Assembly (NCBI GenBank): GCA_047967505.1
Contig: CM106538.1
Length of the DNA stretch: 64,000 nt
Direction: 5' to 3' (one strand)
Origin: Dipteris shenzhenensis
Lineage: Eukaryota
Numbering within the stretch: the stretch's first letter is position 1; each line of letters opens with the position of its first letter. The notes below the pieces were generated by a model. That model searched no databases. It was not told the origin of the DNA and saw nothing but the letters and a program-made list of their open reading frames with translations. The translations under genes were made by a program, and so were the position numbers. Of the stretch, positions 51,016 through 64,000 are shown in pieces.

Positions 51016-52236
51016 GCAGAAGGGGACCTTTATAGGCTCTGTTGATGGATCACCACAAAGCCTGATAAAAGCTGGCCGCCTGGGAAATCAAAAAATGTCA
51101 AGCTAGACGAGCGACAGTGTATTCGATGCCCCTTATTGAGCAGAAGCCTGCATTTCCACTTTTGAAGAAAGAAATACATGGACATTTAGGTCCTACTAGC
51201 GTCCTAGGACCCCAAACGCCAGCGTTCCAAATCACCAGAGTACTCTTGATCCGCCAGGATCTACAGACTCGCCGGAGGAGCAAATTGATCCTAGCCACAT
51301 ATAAAGGACATGCAATATTGCATAATCTTCAGTCCCATGAATCGTTATGCTATAGACTTCATCAAGGTCTCACAAATAGCGAGGCTTACAAAACTTTTGC
51401 AAATATTATCGTCCTACCTCACTGCGAGACGCAGCGGTTGTCGAAATTACCACAATGTTGCGAAGGAGCTTGGTGCTCCTGAGAAAGACATGCAAATTGT
51501 CAGCAAAATGAGAGATGAAAGATGGAACAAATGCTGCGAATCTGGAAGGCAAACACGTCGCGGAGGGAGGCCAAATGTTACCGTGAATTCAGGAATGCAC
51601 GAGCAAAATCGAGTTCTCCTTTTGCACTGGTTTGCTTGCAGGGATGGCACAATGAATGCTGCAATCGCCCTGGTACTGCGAGTCTCCTCAATTCTCTCTA
51701 AAGCTCTCGCGTCCCCAAAGCGTTACAACAAAATCACGCGAGCAGCAGGATCATCAGAGCCATAGCCACAAGGGAAATTTCAGAAGGATCATTGGTACAA
51801 CAAAATCACCCTGCAGGAACATCAGCGATGAGGAACACGAGAGACCCGCTCCGCACGGGTCTCAACATGGGATCTCGGGTCTCAACATGCTAACTGAGAA
51901 TGGTAAACAACCATGTATGCAGAAACCTTTTGGGGGAGTGATCTCTCAACAAAATGGAGGAGATTTGAGGGACTATAGATGACCATGGGATCTCGGATGA
52001 CTCGCAGTAAGCCTTACGTTCCTCATTAGATAGTACACTCAGAGTTTGCCATGACACCACTTCAAATTGATGTTATCTTCTCAAGGGTGATATTTCTTCA
52101 AAGGGTCAGGACTCTACCTAGCTAAAGAGCTTTCAAGATGGCAACAAAGGTAAAGGTAAAGCTACTTGGCGACAAACCTTGCTCCCGCATTCACACATAA
52201 AATCCAAAGGCTGTGTATTTGGGCAATAGCTATCCG

Positions 52237-52237
<1 letters not shown>

Positions 52238-52269
<32 letters not shown>
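52238..52269. repeat. (TG)n microsatellite
   Basis: Directly visible. Confidence 0.95.
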
Positions 52270-52275
<6 letters not shown>

Positions 52276-53329
52276 AATGTTTGGGCATTCAGTTGGATGC
52301 CTTACCACGACATCCAAGCATACAAATCCAAAGCCAACACATCCTCCTCCTTTTTTTTACAACCAACATGGAAAAGGATTAGCACATAGTGGGAGAGCAA
52401 AAGGGAACACCACTTGGGCATTATATCAATTCCATCACTATGTCATAGATCCATGCTTCTCATACATCTAGTGGTCACATGTTCATGCATGAATTGAAGC
52501 TAAGTGGTGAAGGTATTGTGCATTACTTGGACTAATCGTTTGCCCTCAGTCATGGAGCCACAAATTCCATGGAGAGAGCATAGCAATAGGGAAGAGCCAG
52601 TTGAGAAGATGGTTTCCTCACATCTCACAACTTCCTTTTCCTTTTCTGTGGCCTTTCCTTCCATCATTCCTTCACACTCTCTTGTGTTTCTTCCCCTACC
52701 CTTGCCCCCTTCGTCTAACCCCTACGACATCATCATCATCACTCTCATTGTCTTCTCCTCCTCTACCATAGCCACCACCTCGGAAGCTCTCCCTCCCCCT
52801 CCTTACCCTTATGTATCTATCATTGTCCCCTACTTGTTGTAGCTTCTCTCCTCTATCTTCTTCACCCTACATGCTGCAATCAGAAATGCATTATTGCCGA
52901 TGTAGCCACACAACATATTGCAAATCCACTACACAATTCAAAAAATGTCAAGGGAAAGATTTATAATCTACCACAACCCATCATGTATTGGGTATGGAAA
53001 TCCCTTGAATTTTTTAGCTACGTAAATCTTGCATAAGCTAATGTGTCAATGAAGTGAATCGCTTCTCCATTCACATGGAATTGGGGCCCCATGAGCTTTA
53101 TTTGTAATTTGTGTTTGCAGATCATGCTGCAAGGCATTTGGGAAAAAAATAAAATAAACAATTCGACTTTGTCAACTATAATCTCTTTTCATAGGGTGTG
53201 GGTGTGGTTTAGTTGACAATTTTACTTTTTCTTAAAGAAGGGCATGATCCTCATTTCCCTACTCGCAGATGCTCTTCCATGTTGTAAAAACCTCTTAGCT
53301 CCAATCCTTTTGGTTGACATCTGTCTTTA

Positions 53330-56300
53330 GGGGGACAGTTTGGAAACCAAGACCAACAGGATGAGTAGAATTATGGAGGTGGACGTGGCAACTCTAGAGG
53401 CAGGGGGAGCCAGAGAAACCATGGTGGCAAAATGCAAAGGAATAATGACACAAACAGTAGTTTGAATGCTACTATTGTGGAAAACCAGGCCATATGAAGA
53501 AGGACTATCGTAAAAGACATATTGATATGAAAAATGGAAAGTTGCAGCAAGGCAACTATGCGTCATCAAGTGATGACAAAAATGAATCACTGTTTGTTAT
53601 GCTTAGTTCAGTTATGACAGGAGAAGCTAGCTGTTCAAATGATGCATGGTACGTGGATTCAGGTGCCTCTAATCACATGACCATTCATGTTGAGTGGTTT
53701 ACAGATATATGCAGAATCTGGAGAGACCAGGTTATGTTGAAACAGGGGATGATACTGCACATCCTATAGCACACATTGGAAAGGTGCCACTATCTATGCA
53801 GGATGGAAAGACGAAGTACTTGGTAGATGTACTTCACATCCCAAATATAACCAAGAATCTGGTTTGTGTGGGACAGATGGTTGAGCAGGGCCTACAAGTG
53901 AGATTTAATTCTCAAGCCTATTTTGTGGAAGATATGAAGAATGATTACTGCCTAGTTGCAAAAGGCAACAAAAATGGCAGGATATTTACCTTAAACGCAG
54001 GGATACTAGAAATGAGTGCTGCAATGTTTGCACATGGCAAAGGGGTTGTTGCAGATATTGATATTTGGCATAAGCGCATAGGCCATGTCAACATCCAACG
54101 ACTAAAGAAAATGCAGGGCCAGAACATTGTTGCAGGATTGCCAAAGTTCAAGGTGGATAATATGCATAAGGTATGCGAGGCATGTCAGTTGGGTAAACAA
54201 GCAAGGCATGCATTTCCACAGAATGCAGAAGTAAGTCAAAGATCCCTGGAGGTAATACACAGTGACGTTTGGACTACCAAGTCAACATTAATGGGAGGCT
54301 ATAATTACTATGTCAACTTTATTAATGACCACACAATTAAAGTCTGGGTTTATTTTATGAAGCAGAAAACTGAAGTGTTCAGCCACTTCAAAAGATTTAA
54401 GGCAATGGTGGAAAAGGAAAAGGGTATGCATATCAAATTGCTAAGGTCTGATGGAGGGGGAGAGTATTTCTTCGATGAGTTTAGTGAATTCCTACAGAAT
54501 CAGGGAATTCAGAGAAAATATTCATGCAGACATACCCCTCAGCAGAATGGGGTTGCGGAAAGGAAAAATAGACCTATTGTAGAAGTTGCTCGTGCCTTGC
54601 TAAATGAGAAAAATATGCCAAATTACTATTGGGCTAAAGTTGTGGCGACTGCAGTATATATCATGAACAGAACTCCCACTGCAGCAATGCATGGAGTTAC
54701 ACCTAAAGAAAAGTTTACAGGAAGGAAGCCATACCTATCACACCTAAAAGTTTTTGGATGCATTGCATATGTGCATATACCAGATGAGAAGAGAACTAAG
54801 TTAGATCCTAAAGCAAAAAAATGCATCTTTTTTTGGTTGCTCTCTGCAGCAAAAAGGGTACAGGTGTCATAACCCTACCACTCGACAGATGCGGGTGAGC
54901 CGACATCTTGTATTTGATGAGATGAGTAGCTGGTATGCACCATTGAAAATGGCAGCAGATGTAGATGCAGGAAATGACAGTGCTGCACAAAATGCAGAGC
55001 AATAGTCACAAGCTTTCAGTGGCTCAGGAGAGTCCTCAAATAGTGGGTCCAACAATTCTCCATGGACAAGGAGGCTACGTTCTGGAGCACCTTCTCATGG
55101 AAGTGCAAAAAGTGGTACACATGTATCACATAAAGGAAAAGAAAGGTGGACCGGCCTAGTATTTTTGATGTGTCTACAGGTCATTCACATGTTGATGGTG
55201 AATCAAGTGGCTCAGAATAGAACCTTGATGATGAGTTGGGAATTCCATCAGTTGTTACACCTGGTGCAAGGAGAAGCAGAAATGCTTCAAAGACACCTGG
55301 CAGTGAGCCAACGTTGCACAAGTCCACATGAGTGAAATTTCCTATTGATAGGCTCAGATATGATGGAAATACAGCCCATCATTATGCATACATGACAAAA
55401 GTGATATAGGAATCTGAACCTACATGCTTTGAGGATGCAGTAGGAAAGAGGAATTGGGATGAAGCCATGGATGAAGAGATGGCAACATTAGATGCAAACC
55501 GCACTTGGGAGTTGGTATCATTACCTCATGATAAGAAGGCTATTGGATGTAAGTGGGTTTACAAGATAAAGCAGAATGCAGATGGGTTTGTAAGCAGGTA
55601 TAAGGCAAGGCTAGTTGCCAAGGGATATGTGCAAACTTATGGCATTGACTATGAAGAGACATTTAGTCCAGTTGCAAGGATGGCAACTATGAGAGCAGTG
55701 ATTGTTGTGGCTGCAGCAAAAGGATGGTCATTGCACCAAATGGATGTCAAGAATGCCTTCTTGCATGGTGATTTGCAGGAGGAAGTTTATATGACACAGC
55801 CATAGGGTTATGAAGATGATGCACACCCTGAGTTTGTATGCAGGTTGTGGAAAGCCTTGTATGGCTTAAAACAAGCACCACGGGCATGGTCTAACAAGAT
55901 TGGTCAATATCTTGTCACCATATTTCCAATGCACATTTTTCACTTTATGTGAAAAAGATGGACAGGGGGATTGTGCTTATAGTCATCTATGTTGATGACT
56001 TGATCATCATAGGAGACAGTGATGCAAATATATGTGATTTTAAGATGCTCTTGAAGCAGAAATTTGAGATGAAAGACTTGGGAGAATTGAGATATTTCTT
56101 GGGCATTGAGGTGATTAGATCACCAAGTGACATATGGCCATTGCAGAGACAGTATGGATTGGATATGCTATCAAAGTATGGGATGACAGGATGCGAGCCC
56201 ATTTCAGTTCCTTTGGAGCAGAATGCTAAGCTCAGTGCAGACACACGTGAGCTATTAGAGGATGTTTCTATGTATAGACACATAGTTGGAAGTCTCATCT

Positions 56301-57421
56301 ACATGACTATCACCAAGCCAGATTTAAGCTATGATGTTGGATTGGTGAGTCAATTTATGCAAGCTCCAAGGAAACCACATTTGGATGCAACTAGGCGCAT
56401 CTTGCGGTATGTGAAGTCCACTCTACATTATGGACTTTTTTATGAGGCTGGTAGACTAGTTGAGTCTATGGATACATGGATGTTGATTGGGCTAGTAGTA
56501 TCTCGGATAGGAGATCTACTAGTGGATTTGTGTTTTCTCTTGGCAGTGGTGCTATTAGTTGGAGCAGCAAGAAGCAACCCACAGTTGCTTTGTCAAGCAC
56601 AGGAGCTAAGTATCGAGGTGCAGCAATAGCTGCATGTGAAGTAGCTTGGTTACGGAAGCTACTTGATGATATCGGCCAGTCAGTGTAGAAATCTGTTGTC
56701 ATAGACTGTGACAACATTAGCAGCATCATGCTTGCTAATAACTAGGTCTATCATGCTAGAACAAAGCACATTGAGGTGCATTATCATTTTGTGAGAGAGA
56801 AGGTTCTAGCAAGAGACATTGATCTTGTGTTTGTCAGCACCGAGGAGTAGCTGGCTGATATCTTTACAAAGGCATTGGGCACAGACAAGCTTCGCAGATT
56901 AAGAGGCTTACTTGGTGTACTGGAGTTGGATTTGAGCTTGAGGGGGAGTGTTGAGATATCAAGCTCAACTACACATGTGACTTCTGGGTGACCGTCATTT
57001 ATGTCACCAGTGTAGTTGGTTGTGGCTGTTACATTGCCACCAAATAATAGCTGTATGACAGCTACTCTTGTGTGTGGTAGTTGTGGCATAGTTGGATGGC
57101 CATGTATGTATGGTTTGGGTTCCACACTATGGATCATGTACTTTAGGGTTACAGCTTTTGGGTATACCCCCTCCTTCACATAAAGTGTTGTGTGGCTTTT
57201 TGCAAGTAAAAGGAAGAAGATAGCTTCAGCCTTCATCTCTTGTGTCTTCTCCCTTGTGTTGTTTATTTGTTGCAAGCAAGACTCCTCCCTCTCTCTTGAT
57301 TTCTTCACACGCACGTGCATGAAAGATATGTTCTTGGCGACATACAACACCACGCCTTCGTTGATAAATTCGTGCACCAAGCGTGCAAGTGTGTGCCTCC
57401 TCTCTGTAATGAACATCAACT
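53330..57421 (+). mobile_element. Ty1/copia retrotransposon, 5'-truncated (gag end, PR, IN, RT, RH, PPT, 3' LTR)
   Basis: [95 protein letters not shown] gagggggag ends at 56948. The LTR runs tgttgag (56949) to ...tcaac (~57420). Multiple stops. Confidence 0.95.
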
Positions 57422-59549
57422 AGAAACATACAAATCCTTCTCAGTGCACATGGGACTAGAGGGTGTGTGTTTAGGACTACAATTGTTTGCTCTAAAATGA
57501 CTTACTATGGCTTAGTCCTCAACGTTTGGCCCATCAGCAACAATGATTTAGTCAAACAAAGGACCATCAAGGTCTAATTTCACAACAACAAAAGCAATGG
57601 TGTCCATTAAAGAGACGAAGGACGCTTTGGTGTTCTCTATCTAGTTTGCAGTCCATGGTGCATATAATCTTATTGCTTTGTCTAGCACAAAAGTGATGTC
57701 CCTGTCAAATGGCTCACCCTTGAGAATTGTTGTTGTTGTCTCAACTAGCAATGAAATGAAAGAAAGGCCTCCCTTTCCCACAACTCTTTTAGCAATGGTG
57801 AGCACTTTGATTCTGAAGAAGCTATCAACTTGTAGCACATCCTTCAATTGCAACACGAACGCATGTGGGACATGGGAGGGTGATTGTCTCACAACATTGT
57901 GCATCTGTTAAGTCAATGTGCATGAAGACTGGGTAAGACACATCCTTAGTCTTGAAAGTTCCAAGTTCCATACTTTGCTAGGACCTTGCCTTCGAAGGCG
58001 AAGCGGTATGGGACAAAATCGAACAAAGCATCTATTGGAAGAACAAGCAAACTATTTGGTTGCACCAAGCCTAATTTTGCCAACAGTATGGCCCCTCCTT
58101 GCTGAAACTCGCTATTCACATTGTTGGTTGGGGCAACTGGGACCTTTCCCTTTATATTGTTGATCTTAGGTGAAACATTGGAGCTTGCTGCAATCAAGAG
58201 TTATGATATTGTTAGCCACTTGGGCTTGTTTAGGCAAGTTATTTTGATTGACGGAAACTGAAAATTTGCCTAGAGTTATCATATTGTTAGCTATTTAGGC
58301 TTGCTATGTGAGTTATTTATTTTGAATGCACAAACCGAAGAACAAAATATAAATTGCCTAGAGTTGCAAATCGCAAGGTGCGTTTCAAGAGGCAATGTCA
58401 AATACTTCACGGATAACACAATGATTAACTAAAAGCATTCTTGAACATATGATTTTCGTTTGTTTCTTGCAACGAAAAAGACACCAAAATCCTAGATGTT
58501 TGTAATCTCTGACAAGCAGTCCTCCTTGGGAATTGGTGGATAAGGCTCCAACTCTATCCTGTAGCACATGTGCAAAATGCAACCCTTTTTGCTCAACTCA
58601 CTTTGTACTGGCCAAGGGCAAACAGAGACATTATGGACAAAGCAAACAAAAAAGAATAAAGCCTTAGAGGAAAACAAAACATAGTTGGGCACCTTCAGCA
58701 TATGCCTGTTTGGCTATTGCATAGAAAACATTTTTCAAAGTCTTCTTGCTGGTCTTTTTAATGTCAGAATGCTTGAGAAGAGTCGCATCTTTGTTGCCTC
58801 CCTTCGTCGGCATCAACACTAGTGGAACGTCAATCACTGTTGGAGGGCCGAGAGCTATGGTTTTTAGGAGACAACCACCAGACACATATATGAACTCTTG
58901 GTTGGCAAGTGCATGTACTTCGTCACTTATAATAACTACAACGTTCAATCGTTCAGTTTAAAAAACATATGGACAATTGATTTGATCTTGTGGACAAAAG
59001 AAAACTAAATCACGTTAGGTCAATAGATGGTAGAGAACACGATTTTACACAGTAAGCTTATACTCTTCATTGGCCAAAACCAGTCCCAACATCCAAGGGA
59101 AGTCATAGAAAGTAAGAGCACACATAGGACTTCTAAGAAGCTTTGAGGTGGCTCTGGTTATGCGAAGGTGTGAACATGGGTGGGGCTTCTACCCATACAC
59201 TAGAGAGCTCCAAGGTGATTCTGGCTATGCAAGAAAGGGGGATCACGATAGACTAAGCTCTGAGGTGGCACTGGCTATGCAGAGACCACCAAATGTTGAA
59301 GAAGGCGGATGATGATGATGCAAGAAAAAGCAGGTTGAAGTAGGTGAAGATAAAAGCAATCGCGCAGATGTGGCGGAGTAGTTATTGCAACCAGACAGAC
59401 CACCAAATTCCAAGCAAGAAATGTGGATGACGATCATGCAAGAAAGAACAGGTAGGAGCAGGTGAAGATAAAAGCAATCAAGAAGAGGTGGGGGAGTAGT
59501 TGATGCAGCGTGACGGAACTAAAGGGAGAGAACCAAGCTGCATGCAACA

Positions 59550-61141
59550 CCTTTGTTGGTTTGGAAGTGAGCTACATCGGCATGTAGCAATTGCAAAAAG
59601 CTTGCTTTTAAGATTGGCCCATGCTTCCTGTGAAGTTTTGCTAAGCTAATTCTTCATTTCAGTAATATCTATTGTTATCATAAGCACATTGTCTACTTCT
59701 TCTACCATTTCCTTGAGTTGTACTTCAACATTTTCAAGTGCACAGATACGGTCTTTCAAGAGTGTATTCTCAATCTATAATTCTCTCTTATCAGCTCCCA
59801 TTTTGTCAAGTTGAATAAAAAAACTCATCCTTCATTTCTTGCAGCCATGCTTTGATAGTAGGCATGCATTCTTGCTATACTTTGACCTGCCCTATCAATT
59901 TTTCTATGTATCTATTTTGATGTTCCTTGGAGCTGTGGTATTCTTTAGCCATCTCTGCAACCTCTGCATGTGCATTAGCCAGCTCTTTCTCAAGTTCTAT
60001 CTATTTGAGAAGGAAACTCTTTGTTGCCCCCCTTTCTTTCTGTATCTCCTATACTTGCTTTTGCAATTCCCAGTTCATTTTTCTTTGCTGATCATAGTAG
60101 TCTTTCATTGTAATTAAGGCATGGTCTACCTCCATTGTTGACACCTCCTCATGTGTTCTCTTTGCCATTGTATCTAGGATTGGGGTATCCAAAAGAACAG
60201 TAAGTTTTCATAGTGGTGAGAAACCACCTATCGGGCTATGTGAAGGAGTATTGAGTAGGATTCTTGGGAGGTCATCTTCCGGCTGCACCCATGTTTTTTT
60301 TTCTACTGTGTTTGCTCTTGGATGTAGCTCAATCTTCCTTGTTGCTCGCTTCTCTGATTTTCTTGGAAGCTCTGCTTCTTTGGCAATGGGAGTATCCCAT
60401 AACGATTCTGCTAGTGATGTTCCATACACCGCTTGCATGCTCTCTTCATGTGAATAGTTGGCTGCCTCCAAATCTTGTACCAAGGCATCTTTTACCAGGG
60501 ATCCAGGTTGTGCCTGCTCTCTTGCTTTGTATCTGGGCTATTGATGATTGGCAAAATCTTCGAGTGTGCATTTGTTGACATTGAGTCCTTTTTCACAATT
60601 TCGCTCAGCACCCTTGAATGCAGGATATGAGCCCAACTGATTCTGGTCCCCTTTTCGGCTGCTTTGAGCAAGGCACATGAGTCGTGGCTCATTGTATTGG
60701 TTTTGACCAACAATTGCATTCTCTCCAAATACCAAATTAACTGCTGCCTTCTCCCACTATCTTGCACATTACTGACAACAAAATACATTTTGGCCATCTC
60801 AGGTGGAGCGAACTCTTGATGCATCTCTTGATCAATATCCTTTTGATATGCTACCTCCTCCCTTATCGACGGTAATTGAAAAACTTCAGAAATGACTTCG
60901 GGGGTAACCATCAATGTATCTGTCAACTTACCTCCCATTTTCCAGAAAGACTCATACTCTTTGAGAGCATCGGGTGAGGATTTCCAAGCCGGTGCAACAA
61001 GCCAATCTTTTTCAGCCATTTTTGGTTCTTCAACACATCTAGAAATACTTTGCCTCTAGGAAAGGTAGATGTAATTATTTGCTTCTTTAGTGTTGGTTGT
61101 GGCGTCTCATAGTCGCTCTTTGTCTCTTCGTTTGCTTCCAT
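59550..61141 (-). pseudogene. Retrotransposon accessory ORF (plant-transposon-protein-like N-terminal domain plus coiled-coil tail), disrupted
   Basis: Collinear ORFs 60923-61141, 60492-61019 (VTPEVISEVFQLP...ISWAHILH) and 60208-60483, downstream of and on the same strand as the gypsy integrase. Confidence 0.5.
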
Positions 61142-61907
61142 AATGATGGCTTATTCTACAGTAGGGCTCTGGCATGGGCTCTTTCATGCGGGGGTCATCT
61201 ACTTCTTCCTGGGAGCCATGTCTGAGTCGAGGAAGGCAGTAGAGATGAGGAGGTCAAGGGATGGCTATTAAGGGTGAGAAGAGATCGGGGTTGTAGGGCA
61301 GGACTTATGTTTCGGTGCCATATGTACCAATTTGTGTGGCGTGGAGCTTGCTGGGACTAGAGTTTTCTGTTTGATCTTTGTTAAGCTTGCTTGTTGTTGA
61401 CTGGCAGTCGAAGTTGGCGATTGGGGGAGAGTTGCATTGAGCTCCCATCCTCAGATTATTAGAGTCCTTGTGAGGATCGCATCCGTGTCATGTGTAATTT
61501 CCATGATTGGCCAAGTCGCGAGGCTGGAGCTTCGCATGAAAGTGGGGAATTATCCACATAGTGTGGGTGGTGAGGTCGTATGCTTGCATTCTAAGGCAAG
61601 AGTATGATGAACCTCTGGAATGGTGCATCGGATGGGACAAAATTCCCTTGGCAGTGGATAGTCGGTGGGGCGATAGTTGAGGGTGCGGATGGTTGACTTG
61701 CTGGATTCGGGGCAAAGTCGGATGCTTGGCAGTGTGCGCACCTTTAGTTGGAAGAGGGGCGAATGCGAGCCAAGCCTCGTATGTGTTAATCGGACGTGAC
61801 ACGTTGCCTTAGGGTCAATCAGATTTTGGTCGAACAGATTGTGGCAAAGCGCTAGCGGACGTGGGTTGGATATATCCGACTGGGCCGGTTGTGCTATCGG
61901 ACTGCGC

Positions 61908-62420
61908 CTATCCTTGTTTCTTACTCAGCCAAGAGATGGCACCAGATGCAAGTAAAAAACAATACCCTGTTGTTGATCTTCTGGTGTCAGCATCACCTGC
62001 CCAATCATTGTCACAGAACCCGCCTAGTTCGATGCCTTTGGTGTAGGTGATCCCGTAGGTGCAAGTACCCTTTAGATACCTCAACACCCATAAACCTACA
62101 TCCCAATGACTCTTCCTAGGAGAAGCAGAGAACTGGCATAATAGCCCAACTGCATAACAAATATCAGGTCGAGTATTGGTAAGGTAAAGCAAGCTTCCTA
62201 CCAATCGTCAGTACAAAGGAGTATCGACTGGCTGAGAAGTGTCGTGAGCACTCGACCTCCATGGGAGTTACTGTTGTCCTGCAATCCTCCATCTGAAATC
62301 TCTTCAGAAGTTCTCTGCAATATTTGTCCTGTGAAATGAAGATCCCATCTTTGGCCTGCTTTACTTCTATCCCAAGGAAGTAGTGTAATAACCCAAGGTC
62401 AGTCATCTCAAAGTCTGATG
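61908..62420 (-). mobile_element. Ty1/copia RT-RNase H fragment
   Basis: FEMTDLGLLHYFLGIEV, VGSLLYLTNTRPDI, LRYLKGT, GFCDNDWAGD..TRRSTTGY, ISWLSKKQ. Confidence 0.93.
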
Positions 62421-62456
62421 CCAATCGGATTGCGTTCTCCAAGGAGTCAGACGCTT

Positions 62457-62576
62457 GTCAGACTGCTACTTTAATCAAATATGGCTTTTTTGTATGCTCT
62501 AGCTCTCCTATGCTACTCCAGTCAGACTGCTACTTTAATCAAATATGGCTTTTTTGTATGCTCTAGCTCTCCTATG
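62457..62576. repeat. Exact 56-bp direct duplication
   Basis: 62457-62512 equals 62521-62576, with an 8-nt spacer. Confidence 0.92.
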
Positions 62577-62955
62577 ATGACATTATAATTAACCCCTTGT
62601 TTGCCAAGATAAAATAAAATTACCTAATTAGATAGTTTGCTACTTTGTAGTTGGTTTGAGTGTCCTATCGGGCGGGCTGTCGCTTGATGTCGGAGCTGTT
62701 TTGTCAGGGTAGAGGAGAGATGTCTGCTTTTGTAGTAATCTTTGTTGCTGCTGCTTTGCATAGTGCTCTTTAGTTACGACTCTTGATTTCTTCCATCAGT
62801 CGATGTGAAAATATTTCTGATATTGCATTATTTTCTTCATTCGCCACTACAAATAGTTTTTCTTTGATTTTCTATAGATTGAACAATTGTAATTGCTTGA
62901 ATCCTTGTAAGTGACTTTCTTCTACCTGTCCTTGTATATGTGATATACATATAGT

Positions 62956-64000
62956 TTATACTTTTGAGATGCTTGGTATTGTGGTAACCTGAAATATTGA
63001 AACAGAGTGAAAATATTCTATTGTATATGCAGAATCATGCAGAGAAATTGTATTTATTTTTGTCTCTGTTGTATGATATGCAATGTATGGTTTCAATCTG
63101 AAGCCATTTACTGGTTTGTCAAATGCATTACCATGGAGATTTGAGAGAAGAAATGTCCCTTGTTCATATGCCTCAATTACACTTAATGGACCATCATATT
63201 TGAGTTTGAATTTTCCTGGCATTTTTCTTAGTTTGGTGTTGAACATCAACACTAAATCTCCCTTTTTGAAAAGCTTAAGCTTTATGTTTCTATTTATCCA
63301 TGCTGCTCTTCTTCTTTGAATAATGTTAACTATGTGAGAGCTTGTCAATCTATCCTCATCCAATTGTAAAAGCTACTCCAATCTTGCATTAATGGAGTAT
63401 TCTGGGGAAAGTTTGTTGTCAATTGCTACTCTGAGACTTCCTGCAATAAATTCCATGGGTACTACTGCCTCACATCCATACACTAGTCTGAAAGGTGTCA
63501 ATCCTATGGCTACCTTGTGAGCTCTTGTTAATGCCCAAAGTACTGAGTCTAAATGCTGATCCCAATCCTCTGGATGATCAGCAATTGTTCTTTCATAAAC
63601 CCTTTTCATTAACTTGTTTGTACTCTCAGCCAAACCATTGGCTTGTGGGTAATATGCTGTAGAATTTTTGTGCAACATCATGTGCATTTTTGTCATCGTT
63701 CTGATTGTTTTGTTTATGAAATGGGTCCCTCTATCAGACACAATCTCAATTAAAACACCAAAACTAGTAACAATATTATGGTAGAGAAAATGTGCAACTA
63801 TTCTTGCTTTACATGTTTTGAGTGCAATAGCCTCTACCCATTTTGTGCAATAATCAATACCACCAAGTATATATTGATTACCTGAATATTTTGTTGGAGG
63901 CTTGATTGGTCCAATAAAGTCCAATCCCCACTTTTGAAATGGACCCAATGGAAGGATGGGTTGGTGTGGCATCCTATCACTATCCATTTGTCTATCATCT
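62956..64000 (-). mobile_element. Ty3/gypsy (non-chromovirus, Athila/Tat-like) integrase, running off the window end
   Basis: PFQKWGLDFIGP, IDYCTKWVEA, IVSDRGTHF, YYPQANGLAE, TPFRLVYG, and GPY/F region KLKYDGPL...VNGFRLKPY. One in-frame stop. Confidence 0.93.

Noticed and set aside
51098-51298. Conserved uORF of the F-box gene
   Set aside because: It has a GTG start, probably overlaps an intron, and I have no evidence of conservation.
56784-57500. 211-aa and neighbouring ORFs
   Set aside because: They overlap the copia RNase H end and 3' LTR, mostly antisense, and are not independent genes.

Overview
Repeat-rich plant nuclear DNA. The DYW:WW-type PPR suggests a fern or similar seed-free vascular plant (inference). 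Most of the window is nested, decayed transposons: several Ty1/copia and Ty3/gypsy pieces, a CACTA element, Helitron/Helentron, hAT and LINE remnants, a complete gag-only non-autonomous LTR element and a probable SINE. There is a small host-gene island at about 45.6-51.0 kb on the minus strand. It holds a disrupted F-box/kelch gene (At5g15710-like) and an intact PLS-class PPR-E-DYW RNA-editing factor. The main observation is that hand splicing across two GT-AG introns upstream of the 742-aa ORF rebuilds a complete OSB-type 'PDF' single-stranded-DNA-binding motif fused in frame to this PPR-DYW deaminase (about 864 aa in total). Other notable structures are a CACTA element with head-to-head TnpD and ORF2 genes and palindromic sites repeated in their shared promoter, a perfect 144-bp-arm hairpin inside an intronic satellite, and a repeated TE-associated coiled-coil ORF ending in a RING-H2 finger. 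All calls come from reading and translating the sequence by eye; no searches were run.
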